A DNA stretch of 64,000 bases from Escherichia phage UE-S1. Numbering within the stretch: the first letter of the stretch is position 1; every line of letters starts with the position of its first letter. Below the pieces are notes generated by a model, which did not search any database, had not been told where the DNA came from, and saw only the letters and a program-made list of their open reading frames with translations. Shown in pieces: positions 10,349 to 19,369 of the stretch. Made by a program: the position numbers and the translations under genes. The stretch is taken from sequence record ON568341.1. The stretch is one strand, 5' to 3'.

Positions 10349-10845
10349 CTAAATCGATGAAAAATTCATTAGATAATATAAAGAGTGTAATTAGTGGTGA
10401 GTATATTGCTAGTGTAACACAAACTGCTGACCAGATACAAAGTAGTTCTAGTGATTGTACTGTGATTCTCGGTTTACACAGTCTACGTTTATCAATAGTA
10501 AATAATATTGACAACACTGCTATTGTAATCACACCATGTCATATTCAAAATGAGAATGGTGTATATCTTCATCACATGGGAACAGTATTTTACATTTTCA
10601 ATACAAACAATACACTCGAAACAATTGTCAAAGAATATAATACACTTAACATTGATCCGGGTGAATTATTTCAGATGAGTACGTTGTATTCATGTGATTT
10701 TACAGATACCTCACATATTTTACCATTTTTCTTGGAAATTCTAAAGAAAATGGAAAAATTAAATCGTGAATACAATAAAAAAATGGTTCCAGAAGCTATA
10801 TTAAATATTACTGATGCTATGAAAAAATATAAAGCAGTGCCTTAA
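10339..10845 (+). CDS. family-1 paralog
   Basis: 168 aa; PGELFQMSTL motif. Confidence 0.65.
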   Translation: MYLTKSMKNSLDNIKSVISGEYIASVTQTADQIQSSSSDCTVILGLHSLRLSIVNNIDNTAIVITPCHIQNENGVYLHHMGTVFYIFNTNNTLETIVKEYNTLNIDPGELFQMSTLYSCDFTDTSHILPFFLEILKKMEKLNREYNKKMVPEAILNITDAMKKYKAVP

Positions 10846-10890
10846 TAAAAAAAACGCACATGGAGTGCATATGAAGATCAAGGATAGATC

Positions 10891-11364
10891 ATGGAGATTA
10901 AAACTGTTGAAAATGGGAAAATTGATGACATTTTAGACTTGGACGCATTCAAAGTTCATGATATAATGTTTAATGTGAAGGACATTATTCAATGTCTGTT
11001 TTTATGCAGCAAGACTATGCATGATTTTTTTCACAACCCGAATACTAATGTTTTTATACTTACAATCAGTACTGAAAACTCGTTTATCATGGGTATGCCC
11101 ATGAGTACAAATGAACAGTATATTGATTGTGTTATTCGCAATAATGATTGTATTACCCCACAATCTGAAGTTCGCAAAAAGAAAAACACTTACACAATCA
11201 AAGATGATAAAATCATGATGTGTTGCAGTAAAGGATTTATATTGGACAATTTCATCGTCAAAGATAGTTATCATGACTTTAAAATTTCCGAAAATCAATC
11301 CAATGTAGTTCTTTATGCTAGTGATATCGAAAGTTTAACAGTCAAAGATCCTAGTTTGGAGTAA
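10891..11364 (+). CDS. hypothetical protein
   Basis: 157 aa ORF, no family motif. Confidence 0.55.
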   Translation: MEIKTVENGKIDDILDLDAFKVHDIMFNVKDIIQCLFLCSKTMHDFFHNPNTNVFILTISTENSFIMGMPMSTNEQYIDCVIRNNDCITPQSEVRKKKNTYTIKDDKIMMCCSKGFILDNFIVKDSYHDFKISENQSNVVLYASDIESLTVKDPSLE

Positions 11365-11366
11365 GT

Positions 11367-11498
11367 ATGGCTAAGAAAGTAAACAATTTCGTACAGAAAC
11401 ACATGAATGAGTTTAACAAGCCTCAGACACATGTGGATCGTAAAAAAGAAATGAAAAATGGTAAAGTAAAACACAAGTCGAGATTTATTCTCGACTAA
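11367..11498 (+). CDS. small Lys-rich protein (43 aa), candidate
   Basis: ATG 3 nt after upstream stop; MAKKVNNFVQKH... basic peptide; below ORF-track size cutoff. Confidence 0.3.
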   Translation: MAKKVNNFVQKHMNEFNKPQTHVDRKKEMKNGKVKHKSRFILD

Positions 11499-11527
11499 TT
11501 TTTTGTCTAAATTTTTGAGGATTGTAT

Positions 11528-12376
11528 ATGTTGGACATTTCAGATTTTCTTAATTTTAAAAAGTATTCAGTACTTGAACATATCAACGAATTTCTGAATT
11601 CCCCAACACCATTTGGTATCAGTACATCAGATTCATACGATGGATATAGAATCTTCCCATGCAATGACTTTCAAATTTCTGTCAAAAAAGGTTTTACAAA
11701 AGAAGTTGCAATTCGTGATGTAGTAATGTATAGCGATTCTTCTATTTCTTACTGTCATGATGTGAACAATTTTGAATCTCTTTCAACACCTAATTGTTCA
11801 TACTACAAATCCCATGACACGATGATGTATAAAGAACAACATATCAATGGTGTTTCGTTCTACAAAACTAGCAGTGATAAATCATATACATCTAGAGATG
11901 ATTTTGGAAAATACACATGTACTATGCACACGGATAATGAAAAAACAAATTACACTCATTCATTCGAGTCCAAATTCCAAGAGAGTGAAGTTTCAAATAT
12001 CACTATACAAGAACAGGTTTCAGAAGGCATTGTATATCGTAGTACTGCATTCTTTCGCATGAAAGATGTTGCCACAGGCAGACCAATGATGTACAATATT
12101 GACATATACATGAAAGGTGATATATCAGAAGTAGTGATTAGTACTGGTTATCGTGAAAAATATACAGTTACAATGGAATCACCAGATGCATCGTTAGTTC
12201 ACCTCTTTAACAATTTATATACATTCCAATTCGAACTTAGTTTAGACTACAATGAATATCAAATATTCGATATATTAAAAAGTAATATTATTAATAAGTT
12301 AGAATATTACTACAAGTTAGGTGGTAAGATGTGCATAGTTAATACTATGTTACATAACATAAAAGAAACATTATAA
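11528..12376 (+). CDS. hypothetical protein
   Basis: Track ORF 11522..12376 (TTG); first ATG at 11528 with GAGG RBS. Confidence 0.6.
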   Translation: MLDISDFLNFKKYSVLEHINEFLNSPTPFGISTSDSYDGYRIFPCNDFQISVKKGFTKEVAIRDVVMYSDSSISYCHDVNNFESLSTPNCSYYKSHDTMMYKEQHINGVSFYKTSSDKSYTSRDDFGKYTCTMHTDNEKTNYTHSFESKFQESEVSNITIQEQVSEGIVYRSTAFFRMKDVATGRPMMYNIDIYMKGDISEVVISTGYREKYTVTMESPDASLVHLFNNLYTFQFELSLDYNEYQIFDILKSNIINKLEYYYKLGGKMCIVNTMLHNIKETL

Positions 12377-12392
12377 ATCTGGAGGATTTGGT

Positions 12393-12686
12393 ATGGATAC
12401 TAAATTCAAAATTATTTTTAAAACTAAGCCGTATATTCCACATACAGCAGAACGTTTTATACCACATGATGCAGAGGAAATTATTCATCAAGATGGTACA
12501 AAGTTATATCTAGTGCCATGTTCATATGAACGTGCAGTAGAAATGTTACTCATGAATTCTAAATTATGTACAAACAAGTACATTAGTTACTTATATAATG
12601 AACATATTTTAGATTTTAATGATGAAAATATGTTTATTCTGGCAATTGAAGATTTTAATAATTGGTACAACATTATTAAAATCTGA
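12393..12686 (+). CDS. hypothetical protein
   Basis: 97 aa ORF with GGAGG RBS. Confidence 0.55.
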   Translation: MDTKFKIIFKTKPYIPHTAERFIPHDAEEIIHQDGTKLYLVPCSYERAVEMLLMNSKLCTNKYISYLYNEHILDFNDENMFILAIEDFNNWYNIIKI

Positions 12687-12694
12687 TAAAATAT

Positions 12695-12740
12695 TGTGAA
12701 CATATTAAATCTTTATGATATAATGTTCACATCTTTTTTT
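12695..12740 (+). promoter_or_regulatory. hairpin plus T-run with embedded TGATATAAT extended -10 element
   Basis: TGTGAACAT...ATGTTCACA inverted repeat, TGATATAAT in the loop, T7 run downstream; terminator/promoter composite. Confidence 0.4.
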
Positions 12741-12756
12741 GATAATGGAGATATAG

Positions 12757-13143
12757 ATGAATACAAGTTCAATCCTAAAAGCAATTGGTGGTGTTTTACT
12801 TATTGAAGTGAAAGGTGAACCAAAACTGTGCTGTTTGGAAGATATGAAGAATACAAAACACTTCAGTACTGGTCAGATTTTTAATGCCATTCGTGTTCTA
12901 AATGATAAATCAATCGCTGATTATGGTAAAGTTTGGCCTGTATATCAAAACGCAGATGGTGATATCAGTTCTGACTGGAAAACCATTGAAGCAGTCCGAC
13001 AAAGTTGTGATAGCGACTGGGACTTCATTGTAGAAGTATGTGACCAACTTCAAGAAGATGTACCAGAAATTGTGGAACGAAAGGAAGTTCTGGCAAATCT
13101 AGAAAAGTTCCGTCATGGAACACTACCATATGATACAATCTAA
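12757..13143 (+). CDS. hypothetical protein
   Basis: 128 aa ORF, GGAG RBS. Confidence 0.55.
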   Translation: MNTSSILKAIGGVLLIEVKGEPKLCCLEDMKNTKHFSTGQIFNAIRVLNDKSIADYGKVWPVYQNADGDISSDWKTIEAVRQSCDSDWDFIVEVCDQLQEDVPEIVERKEVLANLEKFRHGTLPYDTI

Positions 13144-13193
13144 TCTACTTATTAAAAAATAGCTAGTTAACATTATATAAAAAGGAATTTAAA

Positions 13194-13499
13194 ATGGAAG
13201 ATAATGGAATGAAATTTGATATGTTTGAGGGTGTACCTGAGTTTGATTTTAACAAACTAGAAAATGGTGAAGAGTCAGAACTCGTTAGTGTTACACTTAA
13301 AGCAGATTCTAAAAAGAAATATTCATCAACGGTACGTTCACGTTCACAAGAAGAATATGAATCTTTCATTGAGAGTATTCATTATGAAACATTATATCAT
13401 AAAGATGGAACTCCATATGAAGTACGTGTAACAGTACTGAAGCCTGAAGTGAATCCAATGGAAAATCTACGTCCTGTTTACTGCTGGGCAAGTCACTAA
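13194..13499 (+). CDS. hypothetical protein
   Basis: 101 aa ORF, AAGGA RBS. Confidence 0.55.
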   Translation: MEDNGMKFDMFEGVPEFDFNKLENGEESELVSVTLKADSKKKYSSTVRSRSQEEYESFIESIHYETLYHKDGTPYEVRVTVLKPEVNPMENLRPVYCWASH

Positions 13500-13507
13500 T
13501 AAACCAA

Positions 13508-13536
13508 TGGACGGGATTTCATATCTCGTCCTTTTT
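13508..13536 (+). terminator. rho-independent terminator candidate
   Basis: Hairpin GGACGGGATTTCATATCTCGTCC followed by TTTTTT. Confidence 0.5.
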
Positions 13537-13550
13537 TATATGGAGATTTT

Positions 13551-14405
13551 ATGAAACTTTATCTAATAGTTGACTATAATAAGGATTATGCTGGTAACTT
13601 CACCGAAGATTCGGATGGATATTGCACATCGACTAATGTCAATGTACGTAGCAGTAGTGCTCATGAACATGAATCTTGTAAAAATCTAAAAGATTTTATC
13701 ACATACCGAGCATTTGAAAAGAACTTCTGCCGCAGTAGATATTCTAAGTTTGAGTACCCATTAATTGATGTTCCTGATGAATTGATGTTCCAGCTAATGT
13801 TAACTGGAGTTCAAGATTATGATTATATTGCTTATAATCACATAACAAAGAAGATTTACATTGGAACATCAGTACACGATACTTCCATGTATGCATCATG
13901 CCCAGATGATCGAATGAAGCATAGAAATTCATACTATAGTGGATCAGTTGGTTCAAATAATTCATCAAATAAAAATTCATTCTTTGAGTACGTGTATGAT
14001 TACCATCACGAGAAAAAAGAACGTGAAGATTACTGTATAGAGATTGATAGTACTAATGGATATGAAGACGTAAAAGAAGCTCTTATGCCATACATTATAG
14101 AAAAATACTACAAAGATTTTCAGTACTGTAGTAATTTTCTAATCAGAAATTCTATTCAAATCGGTCGTCAATCCACTGCATACGCTATGTACTACAGTGA
14201 TTCTCCAGTTGTAGCAGGAAATGAAAGGGGTGATATCCTACCAATTCCACGTGAAGATATGACATTCATTTTTACATCTTTTATTGAGGATGATGAATTG
14301 TACGTTAAAAATAAGCATCGTTTCATGCCAAGTAAAATTGAGATTATTAGAAGCATCAGTGTTGATATATTAACCAATTTTACTGAAAAAACTGAATATA
14401 ACTGA
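13551..14405 (+). CDS. family-1-related protein with C-terminal extension
   Basis: 284 aa; GGAG RBS; VPDELMFQLML motif in N-terminal third. Confidence 0.6.
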   Translation: MKLYLIVDYNKDYAGNFTEDSDGYCTSTNVNVRSSSAHEHESCKNLKDFITYRAFEKNFCRSRYSKFEYPLIDVPDELMFQLMLTGVQDYDYIAYNHITKKIYIGTSVHDTSMYASCPDDRMKHRNSYYSGSVGSNNSSNKNSFFEYVYDYHHEKKEREDYCIEIDSTNGYEDVKEALMPYIIEKYYKDFQYCSNFLIRNSIQIGRQSTAYAMYYSDSPVVAGNERGDILPIPREDMTFIFTSFIEDDELYVKNKHRFMPSKIEIIRSISVDILTNFTEKTEYN

Positions 14406-14422
14406 GACAAAATAGAAGTTAA

Positions 14423-14463
14423 TGATATAATGTGAGGTGACAGTATATACTGTCACCTTTTTT
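14423..14463 (+). promoter_or_regulatory. TGATATAAT element followed by terminator hairpin
   Basis: TGATATAAT at 14423-14431; hairpin GGTGACAGTATATACTGTCACC plus T6. Confidence 0.45.
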
Positions 14464-14469
14464 AATCCT

Positions 14470-15136
14470 GAAAGGTTCCTATAAGGAAATGATTAAAAGC
14501 CTAATCCACTCGAAAATGTAGAGGGTAGATGAGTAGTCCTTTCAGTACGAACAGCAGAAGAAACCCGTCAGATGTGGGCATAGTTTGAACCCCTCACGGC
14601 AATGCGGCTCAGAAGAAACCCGTCAGATGTGGGCATAGTTTGAACCCCTCACGGCAATGCGGCTGTATAAAGAACTCCAATAGGATAAAGAGAGTTCCTC
14701 GATAGACATATAAGGATCGCACCTTACCAATTATCTAAGGGAGATTTCATAAGAAATATGCGGTCGGAATTATACAATATAGTTGCGTCCAAATTTTGTG
14801 AAATCAAATACAAGTACTGGTCATATGGTATTTGTATTATGTGTCGGGATGTTTAAGACCGACGACCGTTGCTACAAGAACCGCGATAGAGAGAAACAGA
14901 GCAACCCGCTTTCGTCTCGTAAGAGAATTCGTGATATGAACTATGTGAAGGCCACCAGCGTCAAACTTTTTTGTTCTTTCCCCTGCGGGGGGATGAAATA
15001 TGCTCAAGCAAACCTCGTCAATATTAATTAAAAGACTTTATAATACTTGTAGAATTGTACATGCACCGCATGGAGAATTCTACTGATGTTGATGTAATCA
15101 ACATCACGTATATTCATTGATGTTTCCATAGGAATA
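14470..15136. other. GC-elevated non-coding island, candidate structured RNA or cis element
   Basis: About 0.7 kb without a credible RBS-led ORF; visibly higher GC than flanks; several short hairpins (CCCCTGCGGGGGG; GATGTTGA..TCAACATC). Confidence 0.3.
14555..14664. repeat. perfect 55-bp direct tandem repeat, 2 copies
   Basis: CAGAAGAAACCCGTCAGATGTGGGCATAGTTTGAACCCCTCACGGCAATGCGGCT at 14555-14609 and again at 14610-14664. Confidence 0.9.
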
Positions 15137-15682
15137 ATGATGGCATTTATTAAAAAAGAAAAAACTATTACTTATAAAACTTTGAATTTTGATGATTGTA
15201 TTAATCAATCACAGGACGAAAATATTTTTACTGGATATGTGGTTATTAAAGAAAAAGGATGCATTTCTTATATAAAGGAATTGCAAAATGGCATTGAAGT
15301 CACTTCAGTTAAATTACTTCCTACACAAAAACCAACAATATCAAAAGCCCAGTACGGTAATTATTTCGAGGAAAGATACAGTAATAATTTAATAAGTGTT
15401 AAAGCTCATATTGTAAAAGGAGAACTAGAAGGAGAATATAGAAAATTCAACCCACAAGGAAAATGTGTTTGGGTTAAATACTACAATTCAGGTGTTGACA
15501 TAACATCTGAAATTATTGAGTTTTTAGGATTGACATGTACACCTGAAACTCTTCATGACTACAAATTTAATACTGAAGAAGAGTTTAATCTGATGATGCG
15601 TTATGGATCACATTTTAAATTTTTATATGAATATAACGTTGACAGTAGTATTTTTGATAAAATAGTACATAATTGTCTATAA
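15137..15682 (+). CDS. hypothetical protein
   Basis: 181 aa ORF. Confidence 0.55.
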   Translation: MMAFIKKEKTITYKTLNFDDCINQSQDENIFTGYVVIKEKGCISYIKELQNGIEVTSVKLLPTQKPTISKAQYGNYFEERYSNNLISVKAHIVKGELEGEYRKFNPQGKCVWVKYYNSGVDITSEIIEFLGLTCTPETLHDYKFNTEEEFNLMMRYGSHFKFLYEYNVDSSIFDKIVHNCL

Positions 15683-15698
15683 CAAAAGGATTTATATA

Positions 15699-16220
15699 AT
15701 GTCGAAGAAGGATACTTCGAATAAACATTCAGTACATTTCAGTACTGGAAAAGATAACTGGACAACCCCAAAAGATTTTTTTGAAGATTTAGATGAGTTA
15801 TGGGGATTTACACTTGATGCTGCTTGTGTAGATGAGACTGCATTGTGTGATAATTTTTTCACTCCAGAAGATGATTCACTGTCACAGGATTGGGGAAATA
15901 ATATAGTTTGGTTGAATCCACCATATAGTGACTTAAAAACATGGTTATCTAAAGCTGTAGATGCATATAATAACGGAGCAACTGTAGTTATTCTTGTACC
16001 CTCAAGAACCGATACAATTGCTTTTCAGGATTATGCTGCTAAAATATGTGATTGTATTTGTTTTATTAAGGGAAGATTGCGATTTGGTATACCAGAAGAA
16101 CCCGATAAGAAAACTGATTCAGCACCATTTCCTTCGTGTCTGATAGTTCTGGATAAGTACTTAACCACTGCTAAAATCAATTGTCTTAAATCTCTCGGAT
16201 TGGTGATGAAGAATTTATGA
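15699..16220 (+). CDS. DNA N6-adenine methyltransferase, phage Dam-like
   Basis: NPPY motif (VWLNPPYS) and N-terminal FTLDAACVD region, as recalled for the phage N6-adenine MTase family. Confidence 0.7.
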   Translation: MSKKDTSNKHSVHFSTGKDNWTTPKDFFEDLDELWGFTLDAACVDETALCDNFFTPEDDSLSQDWGNNIVWLNPPYSDLKTWLSKAVDAYNNGATVVILVPSRTDTIAFQDYAAKICDCICFIKGRLRFGIPEEPDKKTDSAPFPSCLIVLDKYLTTAKINCLKSLGLVMKNL

Positions 16221-16750
16221 AAGAAACATGTATATTATCATTTATGAGATGTAACCCAGTCCACAATGGACATGGTTTAGTTTTTGAAAAGGCCAAAACA
16301 TTACAAGAACAGTACAATGCTGATTTAAAAATTTATCTAAGCACTAGTACTGACAATATAAAAAACCCACTACCACCTGAACTAAAAATGTATTATACAG
16401 AGGGATTCTATCCTTCAGTGCAAGAGAACATCTACACAGAGGACAATCTATTTGATATAATGAGAGAACTGGATGGAAAGTACTTAGATGTTCTCTTCAT
16501 ATGTGGTTCTGACCGTATTGATTCTTTTCAGAAAACCCTTGACACTTACAATGGGAAGTTGTATAATTTTTGTAATATAAAAGTAATTCAAGCAGGTATT
16601 GACCGCCAATCAAGTCGATATAGCTCAACACAAATGCGTAAGTTTGCCAAAAATGAAGATTTTGATAGTTTTCGTGAGTTTTTGCCTGGAAATGACGAGA
16701 ACTTAAAAATTCAATTATTTGAAGATGTTATAAAATACATGAGGAAATAA
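16217..16750 (+). CDS. cytidylyltransferase-fold nucleotidyltransferase, NMNAT-like
   Basis: HxGH motif (NPVHNGH) near N-terminus and SSTQMRK (ISSTxxR-like) near C-terminus; ATGA overlap with upstream. Confidence 0.6.
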   Translation: MKETCILSFMRCNPVHNGHGLVFEKAKTLQEQYNADLKIYLSTSTDNIKNPLPPELKMYYTEGFYPSVQENIYTEDNLFDIMRELDGKYLDVLFICGSDRIDSFQKTLDTYNGKLYNFCNIKVIQAGIDRQSSRYSSTQMRKFAKNEDFDSFREFLPGNDENLKIQLFEDVIKYMRK

Positions 16751-16752
16751 TT

Positions 16753-17046
16753 ATGTCAGTACTGTTCAAAACTAATCCAGTACTTTGGGAACAAAATGAA
16801 CAATCAGGATTTCGTTCCATCCATGTTGAATACAAAGGTAATACAGTAGTTGCAATTATTGCTAACAAAACTCTAGGAAAATGGACCGCACAGGTTGTTC
16901 CTATGGGCTATTCTTATACATCTGATGAGGTTCAATTTTTAGCTGAACTTTATCGTCAAGTTCCTTTTATTATTAATGTGTTAGAAGGCAATGATACATT
17001 ATCACATGAAGATGTGATTGATTTTCTTGGAAACTTACATGTGTGA
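16753..17046 (+). CDS. hypothetical protein
   Basis: 97 aa ORF 2 nt after upstream stop. Confidence 0.5.
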   Translation: MSVLFKTNPVLWEQNEQSGFRSIHVEYKGNTVVAIIANKTLGKWTAQVVPMGYSYTSDEVQFLAELYRQVPFIINVLEGNDTLSHEDVIDFLGNLHV

Positions 17047-17326
17047 TGAAATAAATCTTACAGGATATTTTTTACAAGAATCTATGATTAAATTTAGTGA
17101 ACATTTCCCAGTACTGGATGGTATCGAAATGTGGCATGTCAAACCACTGTTCCACACTTTCAGTAAAGAGCACAAAATGTTATTGACTGAGGCGAGTAAA
17201 TCAAATAACATATGTGAAATCAAAATTGGTGTAAATGTCTATAAAGGGATGGTTATCTTTTTTGACAATAACAGCAACTACTTTTATATTGTTAAGGAGC
17301 ATTACGTTGACAAATACAAATACTAA
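17018..17326 (+). CDS. hypothetical protein
   Basis: 102 aa ORF. Confidence 0.5.
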   Translation: MIFLETYMCDEINLTGYFLQESMIKFSEHFPVLDGIEMWHVKPLFHTFSKEHKMLLTEASKSNNICEIKIGVNVYKGMVIFFDNNSNYFYIVKEHYVDKYKY

Positions 17327-17915
17327 TACATACTTCCGTTATCTTCGCTTAGGTCTTTCCCTGCGACCGATCCGTGGAAAGTGCGATTCACTCGCGGACC
17401 TTGACTATGCATATGCATTACATCATGAAGGTGTACAGTATGTATTGGGTGATTATGGTGAATTTGAAGAAACAAATGACAGTACTGGAATTAATGCTGG
17501 TGTAGATAATCTCAACAACATTGCAAACAGTTCTCGTCATGATATTGTATTACAAATCCAGAACTTTATTGAGCAACACACAGGAAAACGTGTTTGGTGC
17601 TATGTCGGAACTGATGCACAAATGTCTATTTCATTCGGTAATGATGATGGATATGTCGCACAGCTAATTATGGATTTTGAATCTGAAGAGAAGTTTTTAG
17701 AATTTAAAGAGAAAATCATCAAATCACTCGTTGATATGGGTGTCCCCGAAAATAAAATGCCAGAAGTTCAAAATATTGATGAATTTGTTTTGATTCCATC
17801 TGATGAGAAATATGATGCAATGTTTACTGCTCTTGATATTCCTGGAGTTATTGTGGAGTACTTTGATGATGGTGATGATAGTATCTATATAGATCTAGAT
17901 GACGACGATGAATAA
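17235..17915 (+). CDS. hypothetical acidic protein (poly-Asp/Glu C-terminal tail); start uncertain
   Basis: Track ORF; no in-frame ATG between 17238 and about 17620; C-terminus DDGDDSIYIDLDDDDE; GC-rich stretch 17340-17400 inside the 5' part. Confidence 0.45.
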   Translation: MSIKGWLSFLTITATTFILLRSITLTNTNTNTYFRYLRLGLSLRPIRGKCDSLADLDYAYALHHEGVQYVLGDYGEFEETNDSTGINAGVDNLNNIANSSRHDIVLQIQNFIEQHTGKRVWCYVGTDAQMSISFGNDDGYVAQLIMDFESEEKFLEFKEKIIKSLVDMGVPENKMPEVQNIDEFVLIPSDEKYDAMFTALDIPGVIVEYFDDGDDSIYIDLDDDDE

Positions 17916-17920
17916 TATAT

Positions 17921-17948
17921 AGCCCGACATAAGTTCGGGCTATTTTTG
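17921..17948 (+). terminator. rho-independent terminator candidate
   Basis: Hairpin AGCCCGA-CATAAGT-TCGGGCT followed by ATTTTTG. Confidence 0.55.
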
Positions 17949-17959
17949 TAAGGGGATAT

Positions 17960-18235
17960 ATGAATTATAAAGTTCTACAATATACATACAGTGTTTTGTT
18001 TGATTTACATCACAATGGAAGATATCTCAATACAATACGAGAAAACACATTTACTCATATGTTATGGATTGATTACTTAGAAACGATTCGTGCATATTTT
18101 GTTAATACTGAGATAATCATTCGTGGTAAAAAACAGAAGATTCAACATGTTAATAGTTATGGTGGTAAATTAACTCTAACATTTACCGATAATAATACTA
18201 ATGAAATGTGTTGTATCGAGTTGGTGAACATATGA
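17960..18235 (+). CDS. family-2 small paralog
   Basis: 91 aa; N-terminal MNYKVLQYTYSVLFDL pattern shared with downstream ORFs. Confidence 0.6.
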   Translation: MNYKVLQYTYSVLFDLHHNGRYLNTIRENTFTHMLWIDYLETIRAYFVNTEIIIRGKKQKIQHVNSYGGKLTLTFTDNNTNEMCCIELVNI

Positions 18236-18498
18236 ATTATAAAGATTTCCAATTAACATATAAGATTATTCGCAATCTAGCACACAACAATGATAGCCCT
18301 AGTCTAGAAGACACATGCACAGAAATGATCCATACGATTCGTGCAAAGATTGAAGAAAATTTCAGTACTGTTATTATTAATGATGACCATGCAGAATTTT
18401 CTGATATAATCATTAGACGTGATGGTAAAGTTGAGGTTCAGTACTACACTGATTTTGGATTTACAAGTGTACCGTTGGAGATATTCCCTTGGGATTAA
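18232..18498 (+). CDS. family-2 small paralog
   Basis: Track ORF 18208..18498; ATG at 18232 overlaps upstream stop; MNYKDFQLTYKII. Confidence 0.6.
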   Translation: MNYKDFQLTYKIIRNLAHNNDSPSLEDTCTEMIHTIRAKIEENFSTVIINDDHAEFSDIIIRRDGKVEVQYYTDFGFTSVPLEIFPWD

Positions 18499-18800
18499 AT
18501 TTAAATGATATACAATTCACTTATAAGGTACTATATGATTTGTATGATGCATACCTTGTTAGTAACAAAATAGGTTCACATAACCCAACCAAAGAACAAT
18601 CATTTATTGATTTATATATTGAGTACTTAGATTCTATTGAAAACTATCTCAAAAAGAATTACAGTACTTTTATCGATGGAAATGATACATTCGATTTCTA
18701 TGGTGTGCAATCATATGATGGTATAATCCATGTTCAATTTCAGGAAAGAACCGATAGGGAATTTATCGAAATTAAAGTTGTGAAGTTGGTGAATTTATAA
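18489..18800 (+). CDS. family-2 small paralog
   Basis: 103 aa, probable TTG start; LNDIQFTYKVLYDL. Confidence 0.55.
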   Translation: MGLNLNDIQFTYKVLYDLYDAYLVSNKIGSHNPTKEQSFIDLYIEYLDSIENYLKKNYSTFIDGNDTFDFYGVQSYDGIIHVQFQERTDREFIEIKVVKLVNL

Positions 18801-18810
18801 GAGGTTACAT

Positions 18811-19122
18811 ATGTTATTAAATGATATACAATTTACATACAAATTTTTGTATATCCAATTCGCAACGGTTGATGCTGGTCAATATATCTACAGTGAAGTT
18901 TATCGTTCGATATGGATAAAGTTTTTGGATGAATTACATGATTATTACCATGATTTGTGTATAGTTCGTGATAATAAAATATACAAATTCCGCGATATTG
19001 TTAGCCATAGCGGTAAGCTAAGATTGGAATTAAGTACTGATAAGGATGTTGATTGGATTGGTGTAAATTTACTGGAGTTGGAGAATGAAAAACAACTTAA
19101 AGGAAATACAAGTATTTTATAA
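18811..19122 (+). CDS. family-2 small paralog
   Basis: 103 aa; MLLNDIQFTYKFLY. Confidence 0.6.
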   Translation: MLLNDIQFTYKFLYIQFATVDAGQYIYSEVYRSIWIKFLDELHDYYHDLCIVRDNKIYKFRDIVSHSGKLRLELSTDKDVDWIGVNLLELENEKQLKGNTSIL

Positions 19123-19369
19123 ATTCTTATACTTATCATATGTAAAAGATGAGTATTATGAAAGTGTGTATTATTTTTTATGGCAACATTACCGTACTAT
19201 AGTAAGAGATTTATATATAGGAAAATCTATCATATCCAATGGTGAAAAATGTACCTGTACGGATGTAGTTAGTTTTAATGGTTCTTTAACACTGTGTTTC
19301 AGATGCGATAATAATAGTGGGTCATTTTCATTAAACGTATATCAGTTAGAAGGAATAAATTTTGAATAA
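19085..19369 (+). CDS. family-2 small paralog
   Basis: 94 aa; LKEIQVFYKFLYL. Confidence 0.55.
   Translation: MKNNLKEIQVFYKFLYLSYVKDEYYESVYYFLWQHYRTIVRDLYIGKSIISNGEKCTCTDVVSFNGSLTLCFRCDNNSGSFSLNVYQLEGINFE

Noticed and set aside
14555-14664. Possible CRISPR array
   Set aside because: Only two directly abutting 55-bp copies with no spacers; this is a simple tandem duplication.
14783-15031. 82 aa ORF in the GC-rich island
   Set aside because: Starts at TTG, has no RBS and atypical composition; more likely non-coding sequence.
14400-15140. tRNA genes in the GC-rich island
   Set aside because: No convincing GTTCRANYC T-loop with flanking 5-bp stems or a cloverleaf was seen by eye; left as an unresolved candidate RNA rather than a tRNA call.
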